Below are positions 30,205 to 44,309 of a stretch of 64,000 nt of DNA, piece by piece. The first letter of the stretch is position 1, and every line of letters starts with the position of its first letter. The translations under genes were made by a program, and so were the position numbers. Below the pieces are notes generated by a model. That model did not search any database. It worked only from the letters and a program-made list of their open reading frames with translations, and was not told the origin of the DNA. Source of the DNA: the human T2T-CHM13v2.0 reference genome, Homo sapiens. The stretch is from assembly GCF_009914755.1 (NCBI RefSeq), contig NC_060935.1; one strand, 5' to 3'.

Positions 30205-30839
30205 CTAGACCAAAGACTACATCCTGATGTGGTGTGCAAGACAGTAGTGCTTGTGTGCCTGTGGCCCCATCTACTTTGTGTGGGAGCAATATGGGTATGC
30301 TTATTTAGGGCACCACCCACTCTGTATAGGAATTGTTGGAACACAGGGTCTGAGTGTTCTTCCTGGGTAGGGCGATGTATGGTAGGCCCTGAGAGCTAAG
30401 ACCAGGGAACTGGTGCCCAACCTTCCCTGGGGTGTTGAAGAATATTTCACAGGTGCAGAGTGGTGGGGGAGGAGTGTACCTGTGGTGAGAGTCTGGGGAA
30501 GACAGAATAGGAGATAAAAATGGGGAACTTGGCAAGGCTGAGCTTTGGTGGGCTTCCTGCGGTCAAATGAGATTTGGAAAGAATGAGAGAAGCCTAGATG
30601 ACTTTTTAAAAAGAGGTAAAAAATATTTCATTGAACCAATAAAAAACAGCAAATGTCTTTCATTGACCTAATGATTTATTTTGTTTATTGTATTTTAACT
30701 CAAAAGTATTTCAGAAAGTTAGCAAGATTATTAATTAGACCACAGATTCTATTCCCTGGCCTTGGGCAGCTCCCACTTATAGAAGGTGGTGATGGTGGTA
30801 GTGGTGGTAGGGTTTTTTTTTTTGTTTGCATTTTATTAT

Positions 30840-31625
<786 letters not shown>

Positions 31626-33119
31626 TTGTGGTCACCTCTCACTGTTAGTTTTGAGATAGGCTGGCCTCCTAGAAATTGGGATTCAGAGTTCACAGTTTTC
31701 CTGGGCACCCAATGTGGGATCAAGATGATTCAGGTCACATGCAGAAGTGTCTGCAAAGGTTTTGGTGGTAAGATGAGCTCTGCATGTGGGGTAAGATGTA
31801 CGTTACTTTGTCAACCAGGTACACAGGTTTCCTTCTTGGGGACTTCACCAGCAGGGGATCCTGCAGGAAATGAGATTTGGGTTGGAGATTTGGGTTGGAG
31901 GCAATGCCTTTCCCATTCTGCTCTGGAATGTGGGTGGGAGAGCATGGGCTTTGGAAGGCACCTGCTGCACTGGATGCAAGGGCCCTGTAGTCCCTCGGGA
32001 GTGGAGCTGCTGGAAGGAACACAGCCTTGGGGGACTTGGCCCTGACCTGTTAACATTTAAGCTAATTCCTTAAATTAGCACAATGTCAGGGTTTCATGCA
32101 GGATGACCCTTTCTGTTTTGGAGAAAGATCACATTGCTAGTGCTGTGTAGCCACACAAGGGCCCAGGTGCTGAGTTCCACCAAGACCTGAGCGCTTGTTA
32201 GGCCTGGAGAAGATAAGATACAGGAAGCCCACCTCCTGTTGTTGAGATGGACAGTCAGGGAAAGAAGACTCCTGGCCTTGGAATGTGTATGTAAGAGGGG
32301 TTGTAAAAGTCATGCATGTTCCTGGTAGAAACTTTGGGAAATACAGAAAAGTATAGAGTAAAAGTATACTAACAGCTATCTGAAATGCGATCCTACACAC
32401 ATATCACCACTGTTCACATCTGGCTTATTTCTCTTCTCCTACAGACACTAGACATTATTTTATGGAGTTGAAATTGTATTGACTTTCTGGATCCATATCC
32501 TGCTCTTTTCACTCTGCATTATGGCATAAGCATTTTCCCATGGATTAAATGTCTTTATAAATATTATTTTTAAAGGACTGCCTGAGACTTGTTTGGTTGT
32601 ACCATGACTTATAAGACCATGCCTCATTTGATACTTGTAGACTCTCCAAGCCCAGAATAACTTGAGAGACAATAGAAGTTAACTGATTTAATTTACATAG
32701 CAGCTTCAGAAAAGGAAGACCGTACTATTTCTGTATATATGGCTCATATGGACTGGGGCTAAGAGCATGGATTTCAAAGTGAAATGGCCTGGGCTCATTT
32801 CACAGCACCCCTACTAGCTGCCTGCATGATATGGAGGCATTTACTCACCTCTGTAAAGCTGTCTTCTATCAAACAAGGGTGGTGAAATGAGACAGGATGG
32901 TAAAGGCCTGGTACACTGTGAGTGCCCGCTGTCAGTGTCCTCACATGGGCGGTGCAAGGTGAGGGCTGGGCTTGAACCCAGGTATCCTCATGCCTAGGCC
33001 AGAGTTCTTTCCACCTCAAAGGCTTCCCCTGTTCTGGAAGGTCCTTGAAGAGAGACAGAGCTTGAAGAGGTACAGATGAAGATATGGAGTGCTGGCTAGA
33101 AATCCTTATGGAAAATTTT

Positions 33120-33445
33120 AAATATATATATGTATATGATATATTTGCATACTCACCACACATACATGTACATACACACACACGCACATATACACATACA
33201 TGTACATACACATGCTACATATACATGTGTATTTGCGCACACATGAATACACATACATATGTGCTCACATATACCATATATACACAAACACGCATATATA
33301 CACACATGCACACATATACACATACATGTACACATGTATACCCCTGCAAACATACACACGTACACATACGCATATACACACATTCATACATATATACACA
33401 TATGCACACACATACATACACACATGCACACATATATACATACAT
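33120..33445. repeat. CA/TA-rich degenerate microsatellite
   Basis: Near-continuous purine-pyrimidine alternation (tacacacatacatg...). Confidence 0.92.
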
Positions 33446-35893
33446 GAAATAATCACACATGGCAAACATAGTTGTGTTACAGAAAAGGAAGATAGGCAAC
33501 TTCTGCAATTACTTCTCTCTCTCTTTTTAAGGCCTTTGCTTTTTGCAGAATAAAAATGAAAAAAGAAAGAAAAAAGTCTTACCTCCCCCACGTCCACATA
33601 GACGTGTTTTGAGGATTCCTTAGGTTAACACTGGTGAGAGTGCCTGGGTGGTACTGGGCCCTGATGACGTTGGCTTCCTTCTGCCATTCCAAGCACTGTG
33701 ACTGGTCAGCATACAGATGTTTCTTGATGCCAGGACGGGAGGCCTGGAGGGTGGGCACTGCCTCATTGGGACCTCCCGGCGCCTGGTACTGTTGAGTGGC
33801 TATAAGAAGCAATGGATGAGGTGAGGAAGGGGGAATGTATGAGGCGCCTTCAAGCTAGACCAGTGGAGTCTACTAACTATTGAAAAGGAGTAGGGAAGAG
33901 GGTTGGGGCCAGAAGGGCAAGAGCCAAAGAACTTGGGTTCTCAGTGAAGGAGCGGGCATAGAAGGCCAGGGCCTGCAGTGGACCTGGGGTCTCTCCCCAG
34001 CACTCCAGCCCTGAGGCTGTGTGGCAAAAGGGGGAAGGTCTGGGCCCTTGCTACCTCCTGGAAACTTGGTTGAGCTTCGTGGTGAGTCTCTTGGGTGCTC
34101 TTTCATTGGCCTTTCGTAGTAGGGGTTTCAGACAGCATGTATAAGAGGACTCTCCATGTGTGCCTTCAGTGTGCATGGAAAGGGGCTTGGGCTTCCTGGA
34201 GGTGATCTCAAGGCAACACCCAGGAGCAATAGAGAAGGCTTTGGAGAAGTGGAACTTATCTTTCTGGGGAATGACTAAGAAGAATTATTTCACTGAGGCT
34301 GTCTTCCAGAGGAGGCAAGGGTGGAGCAGGCAGCCCCAGGAGGCAGTACACGCTCCTCTGTTTGTGGAAGTGACCGAGGCCAGGCTGGGGACACCTGGAT
34401 GGAAGGAGATTACCAAGAAGACAAAGTGGCCCTCTCAGTCCCTTCCCTACCCTGGAAGTGCTCCTTTTGGTTAAATTGGGTGCCTAGTGCCCTGGTAGGT
34501 GGAAAGCCAGCCCTACCTGGGCCAGGTGGGAAGATGGGGTCTGTAGGCCCCACCTGGGAGCCAGGTGTTCCTGCCCATGGTGGGCTCTGTGGGGATGCAC
34601 CAGGTGTGGAAGGCATCTCGCACTGCTGAGCCCCTGGCTGGCTCCTGCCTCATCTCAGGTGTTGGATTCAGATGGCCATAACTGAAGGTCTTCTGTGTGC
34701 GAGAGTTAGAGCTGGAGCTTTTAGTTTCCTGAGCACCCTGCGAGTGTGGGGGGAACACCCCACTTCATCGCCAAGGAACCTGGGCCTTCCTCCAGAGCTC
34801 CTTAGTGACGTAGAGCTGGGAGAGGGTAAGTTTGAACAGGGCTGCTTGGCAGTATACATGGGTTTTGTTTTTGGATTGCATTGACCTTGAAACAGATTTT
34901 GTCTGTGAGCCTCAAGGGTGGGTTGAAAAATGAGCTTTTCTCCTGGGCAAACTGCTGCTTTGTGGGAAGGTTCTGCCTAGTGTCCACCCCCATATCTCCT
35001 TAAGTTTGTATAAAATCCATCATTTATCAAAACCCTGGTTGCACTGTCTGATATGCCATTTGGGAGAAGAGGCTCAGGGAAGGCAAGAGGCATCAGAGTC
35101 CTAAATTTGAGGGCACCTGCAGATCGGGATGGGGAGGCTCCTCCTCTCATTTGGAGAGGTGCTCAGGGACTCTGCATAAACCTTGAGCTTGACTCTCAGA
35201 TTTTGTGGGCTTAGCCCATTACCAATGCTGTTGCCTGCAATCTGGGGCCCTTAATTATAATTTTTAGCAGCTAGAGGCAGGGAAAGGAAGTTGCTTTGTG
35301 ACTCATGAAGTCACATAGGCAGGGGAGCAGAAGAACCACAAATAAGAGACTCCACTTGGCAAAAACCAAATTGCTTCAAGGCTATTCTTGGAAACTTAAA
35401 GCATCACATCTTGTTTCTTTCCAGAAAATGCAGAAAGCCTCATATTTCTGGCTAGTTGGTTTTATTTCTATTGCATATCAAACCTCAAAAGGGCAACAGC
35501 TGGGTGGTGGTTAACAAGGAAAACTTTAATAAGAGCTAGTTACCAGGATCCTCTGATAAAAAAAAAAATCCTGACTACGTTCTTTTGGGGTGAGGGGAAG
35601 GATAGCCACCAAAGGTTTTGCACTCCAGTTCTCTGGAAGAAAGGTTTGAAGCTCAGAATCACTGAGTCCTTCTGAGTGCTAGGTCAGCCCTTCCCAGTTC
35701 ATTCCCAGCACTGTCCTGAATTCTGTATGTTTTCAGTTCATTACCAAAACTACTTTCTATGAGGTTCCCTAGTTATACATGGGAAACTAAAACCCAAAAA
35801 ATAAATGAGTTGTCCAAGTCTACACAGAGAGGAAGTGAGTTTGAACTCAGACCTTCTAAATGGAAGGCCCTTGTCCTCTAGTTTTAAAGTATA

Positions 35894-36124
35894 CAGGTTG
35901 ACTATACCTAAACTGAAATCTAGAATGCTCCAAAATTTGAAGCTTTTTGAGTGCTGACATGATGCTGTAAGGAAGTGTTCATTGGAGTCTTCTGGATTTT
36001 GGATTTTGGGATTTGGGATGCTCAACCAAGTAAGTATGATGGACATATTCTAAAAAAAAAAGAAAAAATAGAAATCCAAAACACTTCTGGTCCCAAGCAT
36101 TTTGGATAAGGGATACTCAACCTG
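35894..36124. mobile_element. Tigger4a/MER46-type MITE
   Basis: TIRs caggttga...tcaacctg, flanked by TA on both sides, 231 bp. Confidence 0.88.
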
Positions 36125-36292
36125 TATATAACTCCTTGACCCAGAAAGCTAGTCTCAGTAGTCTTGAATGATGTTTCTTTTGCCCTTCCTTTTGATATGA
36201 TGATGTTTGGGCTGTTTGAAGAATCGTAATGAGTATTGGTTATCACATACATGATCTCACTGATTCCTTAGAGCCCCATGAAGTGAGGAGAA

Positions 36293-36628
36293 CAGGTGGC
36301 CCTCTGCATCCATTGGTCCCACATCACAGATACAACCAACTGTGGATTGAAAATATTCAGGAAAAAAAAACAGATAATTTCATCTGTACTGAATATGTAC
36401 AGGCTTTTTTACTGTCATTATTTCCTAAACAATGCAATGTAAGTATTTACATGGCACTTGTATTAGGTATTATAAGTAATCTAGAGATGATTTAAAGTAT
36501 ACGAGAGAATGTGTGTAAGTTATATGCAAACATGGCATCATTTTATATAAGGGACTTGAGCATCTACAGATTTTGGTATCTGCATGGGATCCTGAAATCA
36601 ATCTCCCATGGTTACTGAGGGAAGCCTG
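36293..36628. mobile_element. MER2-type Tigger MITE inserted in a MIR
   Basis: gtattaggtattataagtaatctagagatgatttaaagtatac MER2 core; imperfect TIR caggtggccctc / gagggaagcctg; MIR continues on both sides. Confidence 0.85.
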
Positions 36629-36919
36629 TATTATCCCTATTTCATGCATGAGAAAACTGAGGCCAAGATGGATGAGGTAACTTGCCTAGGGTCACAAAAC
36701 TAGCAAGTGTTGAGAGCAGATTCACATTCAGGTTACCCTGACTCTAAATATTCTGATGTTAATCCCACGAGGAAAGCTACCCGCCATGGGTGTTAGAGTC
36801 ATTTTTAAGGTCTGTGACCTAAGTTGGAAAGCCAGTTGTAAAGGGTGAGACGGGTGTTTAGGTCCAGGGTGGCAAGTCTGAGCCTGGTACAGGCTGCTGG
36901 GCTACATATCCAAGCTGCG

Positions 36920-37110
36920 CTTATCTTCTCCTGTCAAACCATCTCCCTCCACCTCCCCTTATCTCACTCTAGATAAGGGCTGGTTCCTGGAGCTCCCACG
37001 CCTATCCAGCCCTCAGCACCACCTTTAGCTCTTTTTCCACTGGAGCCCGAAGACGAAGTTGTTCATTCTTCTTCTAGGGGAGGAGGGGTGGCCATTGATT
37101 GGGGTGCGGA
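36920..37110. promoter_or_regulatory. Candidate GATA/KLF/NF-Y regulatory element
   Basis: Three AGATAAG sites in 58 bp, plus ggggtgg, tgattgg and ggggtgcgg motifs; motif evidence only. Confidence 0.4.
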
Positions 37111-39934
37111 GGAGACAGCTTCTTCCAGTTTGTAAATTATTGTCTGGCTTGATGCCTCTAAACTGTTCATAATTTTAGACAAGGAGGAGCTGGCAACTTG
37201 GAGAACTGATTTACAAGACTATTTTCTAAACTGGTACATTTCCCCAGGTACAAATCTGCCTCCTGTGGTAGATGCAGTGTGCGTTACCACATCTACTGAG
37301 TGCCTGCCGGGACCTGGCTCTGCCGTCATCCACGTTTCTTGCCCTTCACAGCTACCCTGCAAGGATGAGATTATAATTTGTCTGTTACAGTAAGGGAACT
37401 GAGAATCAGAAGTGGCTTGTGTGAGGCAATAGCTCTGAAGCCTTACAGTTTTCTCTGTACTGCTTGCCTGTCCTCAGAAAAGACTGTAGTGTAGCAGGCA
37501 AGTTCAAATAGCCTTGTGTTTTTCGGCCAGCCACTGCAGCCTTTGTTCAATGCTGGGCACAGAAGTGGTTCCAAAGATAGATAAAGACTGAGAATGTTAA
37601 TACGATCTGCAAAGCAAATGAGTCCTTCCTTCTGTTTATGCTCTCTGGGTGGCAACATTGCACATGGGGAAAGTGGAGACATAGTAGGAGGCAGTGTTTA
37701 TGTGAGTCATGCCCAAGTAAGCACAGTGGACGCTCACAGAGCCCAGAGAGGATCTGTGAAGGAATCCACGCTTGTCGCACCAGGCAGGGCACAGAGCCCC
37801 CTTCCCCAGTCTACTGAAGTTGCTGAGTGTCATAGACCGGGGTCACTGGGTAAGGCCTCATGGAGGACCCAGCCTGGGTAGGGCAGGGAAGCTGGCCAGG
37901 CCTGAGCAGGGAATGAGTGCTAGTCTCCCTTCAAGCCAAGCATAGTGCCAGGCACCTCGGAAGCTCTCCGGGAAAGAGGGAAGGTCGGGTAGGGCCCTAC
38001 AAAGTTGCAGGGATCCTGTCACCCCCAAGTCTGGGCATCCAGTGTCTGAGACCTCGCCAGCCCCAGCAGGCTCCTCCTGGCAGGTGGTGCCCAGTGGGCT
38101 CCTATGCTCCTTTGCATGTGCTGTTCTTCCCCCTTCTCTTCCGGCTCCTCTCATTGCTGCCTGGACAGCCCCTTAGCTGCCTCCTTGCCTCCAGCCTCCT
38201 CCTCCAGTCCACTGCTGCCCTATCATCTTCCCAAAGACTTGTCTCTTCCTGCTCCTCTGTCTTCTGCTCCTCACCACCCACTGGAGAGGCCAGTCCCCCT
38301 CCTTGGCCTGGAGGGGACACCTGCCACCACGTGCGCTGGACATCCCCACCGCACCTCCTCACGAATCCTGAACCTTGAACTTGCTGTCATTCCACCACTG
38401 TCCCGCTCTTTCCACACTCACATCCCTGTGTGGGTATTTCCATGGCCTGGAATGTCCACTGCCCAGTCTTCTAGTAAAATAAATCTCATTCCTAAAATTG
38501 AAGCTTTCTTGAGATTTCTCTCTTGTGGCCCCTCTGGACTCCTCGAGGCTCTGTTGGACACCGCCTGCTCTGGGCTTCCATGCCCTTGGTTCATATTCCA
38601 CAAGCACTTGCCTGTGGTCTTGTAATCCATCTGCCCCTGTGGGCGGGGCCTGAGCCTACGTATTCCCGGCCCCTTGAGTGGTGCCCGACTCTTGCTAATG
38701 CACCAGTAATTGTTGCTGAGTGAATAAGTAAGAGATTAAGGAGGAAGATAAACACCATTCTCTGCTTTTAGTATTATAAAACCGTCCCACAATTCCAACT
38801 TGTCCACGATGAACACTGCCCCTCTGGGGAGCACAGAGCTGCCGTGAGGCCTGCGCTCTGTGTGCTGCTGACCTCCTCTTACCAGGCCTCATCGGTGGAG
38901 CTCGGTCTGCTGTGCCCTCTTGCTCAGAGACCCCTCCAGCCCTCCTGACAGCTGGGTCAGCCCCAGCTCCTCCACATTTGTTTTCTTGCGCCAGCTTTGG
39001 ATTCTGGAAAAACAGCTAGTGCTTTGGAAAATCAGCTCTACTTTATTTTTGTTCCTTTGAAACTTAAATGACTTTCCTAAGAAATGTCTGAGGTTAGAAT
39101 GGTGCAGAAAGGACCATGGCCAAAGCCCAGGCAAGCTATTTTTGGGATGTGAATGAGCACCCATCGCATTTTTCCCTTCCATGAGCCGGAGCACTTGTTC
39201 CAAATAGCTCACAGCCTGGAATTACAAAGCACAGGCCCCCTTTGCACAGGCGGAGGAGGTCCACGTGTCTCTGTCTGTCTGTCTGTGAGTCTGACTGAGG
39301 TAGATGGTGTGCTTCCAGCTGATACCAGGAGCAGAAGTTTTGAGCAGAGACTGTTTGTCATGTGGATAGTGGAAAGCCCTGCTCTCTGGTAACGAATGAA
39401 GAAAGGCTTTAAAGCTGGGTGTCTACGGAGAGGTGGGCAGTCATGAAATCTAGAGAGATGTTCTCTGGAGTTTTTTCTGTCTGTGCCTTAGTGTAATGTG
39501 GCTGGGTTATATTCACATCAGCCAACCAATTTGCAGCACCGAGAATGATAGACTTTCAATGGTGCTATATGTAGTGTACTTTTCTGGGTTGTTTTCCCTT
39601 TTCCTAGTCACTATTTGCAGAACCACTTGGCTTAGAGCAAGATTGACTAGGTACTGTTGGCATTAGCCAGGGCATAGCCCTGTGCAATCTGTGGTACTTT
39701 TCAGCCAGCAAGAGGAGCAGAGCATAGGGGAAGAGATTACCTGCAATGCCACATCGACAGGCCAAAAGGCACAATTCTGTATCTGTTATAAATATTTATG
39801 TTTAGTATTGAACACTAAATAGTGTGGTTAATATTTGAATGTCTTAAAGAAATTGCATTTTTACTTCTCAGCACCCATCCCCCACCCTAACCTCATCGTC
39901 CAAAGCTGACCTCTGCCTCCCCCTACTTTCACAG

Positions 39935-40011
39935 GTGTGACGTTTCTCCAGATACTTCATGCTGTTCACCTGTGTCCTCGCCGCACCACTGCCGCACACG
40001 ACTCCTGAACC
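39935..40011 (+). other. MICAL2: 5'UTR portion of first coding exon, with splice acceptor
   Basis: Branch-point-like gctgac (39905-39910), pyrimidine tract ctctgcctccccctactttc, cag| ending 39934; 77 nt before the ATG. Confidence 0.9.
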
Positions 40012-40275
40012 ATGGGGGAAAACGAGGATGAGAAGCAGGCCCAGGCGGGGCAGGTTTTTGAGAACTTTGTCCAGGCATCCACGTGCAAAGGTACCCTCCA
40101 GGCCTTCAACATTCTCACACGACACCTGGACCTAGACCCTCTGGACCACAGAAACTTTTATTCCAAGCTCAAGTCCAAGGTGACCACCTGGAAAGCCAAA
40201 GCCCTGTGGTACAAATTGGATAAGCGTGGTTCCCACAAAGAGTATAAGCGAGGGAAGTCGTGCACGAACACCAAG
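40012..40275 (+). CDS. MICAL2: MICAL2 first coding exon CDS part (residues 1-88, N-terminal helical bundle of the monooxygenase domain)
   Basis: Translation [32 protein letters not shown]...[24 protein letters not shown] matches the recognised MICAL2 N-terminus. Strong Kozak (accATGg), in-frame TGA at 40006-40008 just upstream, donor AAG|gtaagg after 40275; 264 nt = phase 0. Confidence 0.97.
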
Positions 40276-41538
40276 GTAAGGGGAAACCCTCCTAGTCTTA
40301 CCTTTGCAGGGCGTGTGGGTTGACATTTGGGAGGTTAGGAAGCTGTTGCCATTTTGGCACTCTACGGTTCTTAGGTGTGGGTGTGAATGTTGCATTGTTT
40401 TCCTCCGGTAAAGGTTTCCTTTGTCTCTAAGCATCAGCTTTTCCTGGCTGGGAGGTTCCCTCCACTCGTGCCCTCTCCAAGGGAGGGAAGCCAGAGGCAA
40501 AGTTGAGGGAGAGAAGCCCATGCTTGATATTACCCCCACTTCTATTATCCCTGCTGCCACTACTACTACTTCTAGTAGCTGCTATTTGTTGAGCAGCTTC
40601 TAGGTACAAGGTACTTTATGTCCATGATTTCAATGAACAGCTACAGCAGTCCTTCAGGCCATTTTAGAGATGGGGAAATTGAGAAGTCAGTTGTGCCCAA
40701 GGTCACACAACTAGAGGGCAACCTTAGTCCATCTGATTCTAGGGCCTAAGACCTAAATCTCAGGGAGAGGCATAGTTACAGAGTTGTGTTCGCCTGGGTG
40801 TGGACATTTTAGAAAGATCCCCTGGTTTTGGATTAATTGGCTAAGAAATAGGTCTAGGTCCTTACTGCCTCTTCCTCCCTGTCTCTTTCTCTTCCTCCTG
40901 ATACCCCTGCATTCTCCACCTGCCCACTCCCTTCCTCAGGATGCATTTCTCTACCTAGGACCACACTCATAGTTAAGCCTACACGAACTGGTTGCATCCC
41001 CCATCATTTGGCCATAGACAGCATCGGCGAACATAGGCTCACTATCGCAACCTTTCTCTGACATTTCTGAAATGCCCAGCACCAGATGGGCAGGTGGGAG
41101 TCCAGGCGTCTCAGCTGACTTCCCTGGTGGCCGTTGGGGACTACCAGCCCTGAGCACTGGTGCAGGCTGTGTGTTTAGGTTAAAATCGAATGTGCTGTAT
41201 TTAGACCTCACAGGAGGTAGCTCAGCTAGAACCCTAGGAATTCCAGCCGGTGCCAATCCCGGGACAAGAGGATTGAACTCTCCATGGCAATCGGGACTGT
41301 TGTGTTTTTGTTTTGGTGGTGAGAAGCTGTCGAGTCCACCATGGGATATGCTGCTTTCCACTGCCCCTGGGGAGACAGCTGCCAAGCTCCTGTGAGCCTG
41401 GGGCACACTGACACTGCGGGACGTAGGAAAAGCATTCCATCAGGTTGAAACAGACCAGTCGCCTCAGCCCAGAGCAGACTAGCTATCCAGGCAGTGCCTG
41501 TTTATAACCTACCATGCTCCAGCTAGGCAGAGGAGATG

Positions 41539-41623
41539 GGGGAGGTAGGGAAAAGGAAGGGGGAGGAGAAGGTGAGACCAATGTCCTGGGTGCCACTCCT
41601 GCCCAGTGCCTCCCTTCCTCGTT
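41539..41623 (+). ncRNA. MIR6124: miR-6124 precursor (intronic); mature sequence 41548-41567
   Basis: Contains GGGAAAAGGAAGGGGGAGGA, recognised as the annotated mature miR-6124. The G-rich 5' arm can pair with the C/T-rich 3' arm (ctcccttcctc). Confidence 0.85.
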
Positions 41624-42708
41624 GTTGTGACTTCATGGTTCAGAGTTCACGGGGTGGCTCTTCAGAGTTAAAGGAGGGGAAGCTTTTAGCTTCCAAAGTG
41701 TCATCCCTCTTAGTAATTGTATATGGTGGCTTCTTTTTTTTAAAGGTCCCATAAAAGTCAGGTGGCCCAGTTGCACTGTGTTCTCTCACAGAGGGTTTTC
41801 AGAGCTCTGGTTTTTATTAGGGAATGCTATTGCCCCATACACCCAACATGTTGTGGCTGCTGAGGGACCCTCTTGGTGATCTGAAGACAGATTGTCACAG
41901 GGAGTCAGCCAGCAGAGGGATGGAACGGAGGGCTGACCACCAAGAAGAGACCCTTCTTCCAAAACATACTAGCCAGTTGCCTAGCTGGTGTGGCCAGCCT
42001 CTATTTTACAAGCTTTGGTAGCTTGAAATAGAACAGTCATCACATCTTGTGGTTGGCAGGTCACCACTGGCTTCTGTGATGCAAAGGGAAAGAAAGCTCC
42101 TTTTGTTAGGGATGCTGGGTAAGGTGCCTCTTGCCCAGGAATTTTTATGCCTGTCTTGTGAGGAAGAACAAAGACATTTCACATGTGAGATAACCCATCT
42201 CGTAAAAACCGCCTGAATGCTGAGGAGTGGAAGATACATTTGAGAATGCATTGTAAGTATGAACTGTGACTGTGTTAGGCTACTTGAGCTGTGCTTTTCA
42301 GAAACCCAGCTCAAAATAACCACAAAGAACAGGAAAATCATTGACTCATATTAACAGGAAGGTCCAGACACTTTAAGTCCTGACCTTAACTTGGGTGCTT
42401 TGATGCTTTGCTCTCTATTGGCTCCATGCTTCCCTCCTGCAAACACATTTTTCTCCATGTTCGAAGCCTCTCATTCACATCTTTATAGCTCCATTCCAAA
42501 AGGCTGGAATCTGTCTCTTCCAGGTCAATATTGAAAAAAACCTCAGAGAAGGATTCTAATTGGCCCACTTCTGGATTTATTATGGCCAAAGCCAGAGGAA
42601 CTGGCTACTGTGATTGGCAGCCCTTTCAAGCATCACATGATTGATGTGAGGGAGGAGCAAATCCCCAAGGATGTGGGAGTGTGAGACAGATAATCAACAG
42701 GTGTCCTT

Positions 42709-43179
<471 letters not shown>

Positions 43180-44309
43180 TCAAAACACAGAACAGGGGTC
43201 CTCACCTCTTCCAACATGAACAGACACTGTCTTGCTCACATACCATGTTCAGGCATCCTTTGGTGTCATGGTTTATGCTGAGCATTAGTCAAGGAAGAAA
43301 TGCTGGGCATTTGCATACATGTGGCTGATCATTAATGCTAAGCCAGATGACACAGGTTTGTCAGGTACCAGGCATAAAGCCAAGCTCCTGGTTAGCCATA
43401 GGCAGAGCAAGAATAAATGTAATTCAGCCAGAACCCCGACCTTTGTGCTAAAGTGGATGCATCTCAGCACCACCTGGAGTGGGTCTGGGCTTTAGCATTT
43501 CACAAGCATTTATCAGCCGCTGCCATATGCTGAGCACCATGCTCCTGCCTCCGTGCCACCATATGTGCGTGTATACACACGTGCGTGTGACAGTGGTGAG
43601 AGATTGGGGACCAGGATCTATTTGGAGAAGAAGGACGGGCTCTAATGGAGGTGTCAGGGGACAAGCAGAGTGGCCTGAGAGCTCTCTAGAGCAGTGGCTC
43701 AGGTGCCAGTTCCAAAATCTCACTTGGGATTATTGTTTATTATTGATGATTATTTATGAGGGTATTATTGGCACTGAATATTAATAATTCTTTCCCTGGG
43801 CGTGACTGTGTTTGGATAAGAATGAGGGTGAACTGAGGATCATGCCAAATGAACTCTTTCAGGATTGATAACTGGCTCTGTATTAGGGTAACACCTGACT
43901 CGAATGTTACACCCGACTGAGTAGTGTTACGGAGGAAAACGACCCAGAAGAACCTGCAATATGTAATTTGGTGTGGGAAATGCTATAATCACAAAATTTT
44001 GGACTCTGGTTATCTTTATATATAAATCTTTAATGCTAGAAGGAACTTAAGCAGATGTTATGTGCAATCTCTGCATTTAACAGGCCACAAACTGAGGTCC
44101 AGAAAGCTGAAGAGAGTGGCATTACTGGGATTTGGACTCTATTTACTGGTTTGCTCTTATATTCTTTTGTTTATTTGCTCATTAGCAGGTGTTTCCAGTG
44201 CCCTACACCTTACCAGGCATTTGACAGAGAGGATAGTTTGGAAGATGAATAAGATGTGGTTCTTACTTGAGCTTTATGTGAAGACAGATATGTAATTATT
44301 TCTGTATTC

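Noticed and set aside
33084-33597. His/Thr/Tyr- and Val/Cys/Met-rich ORFs (also 46035-46379 and 62919-63303)
   Set aside because: Translations of simple repeats.
37917-38625. Overlapping 153- and 173-aa ORFs
   Set aside because: Pyrimidine-rich, stop-poor sequence resembling decayed L2; no recognisable protein.
40276-40323. ORF-track extension [15 protein letters not shown] of the MICAL2 ORF (103 aa)
   Set aside because: Read-through past the consensus donor AAG|gtaagg; intronic, not MICAL2 protein.
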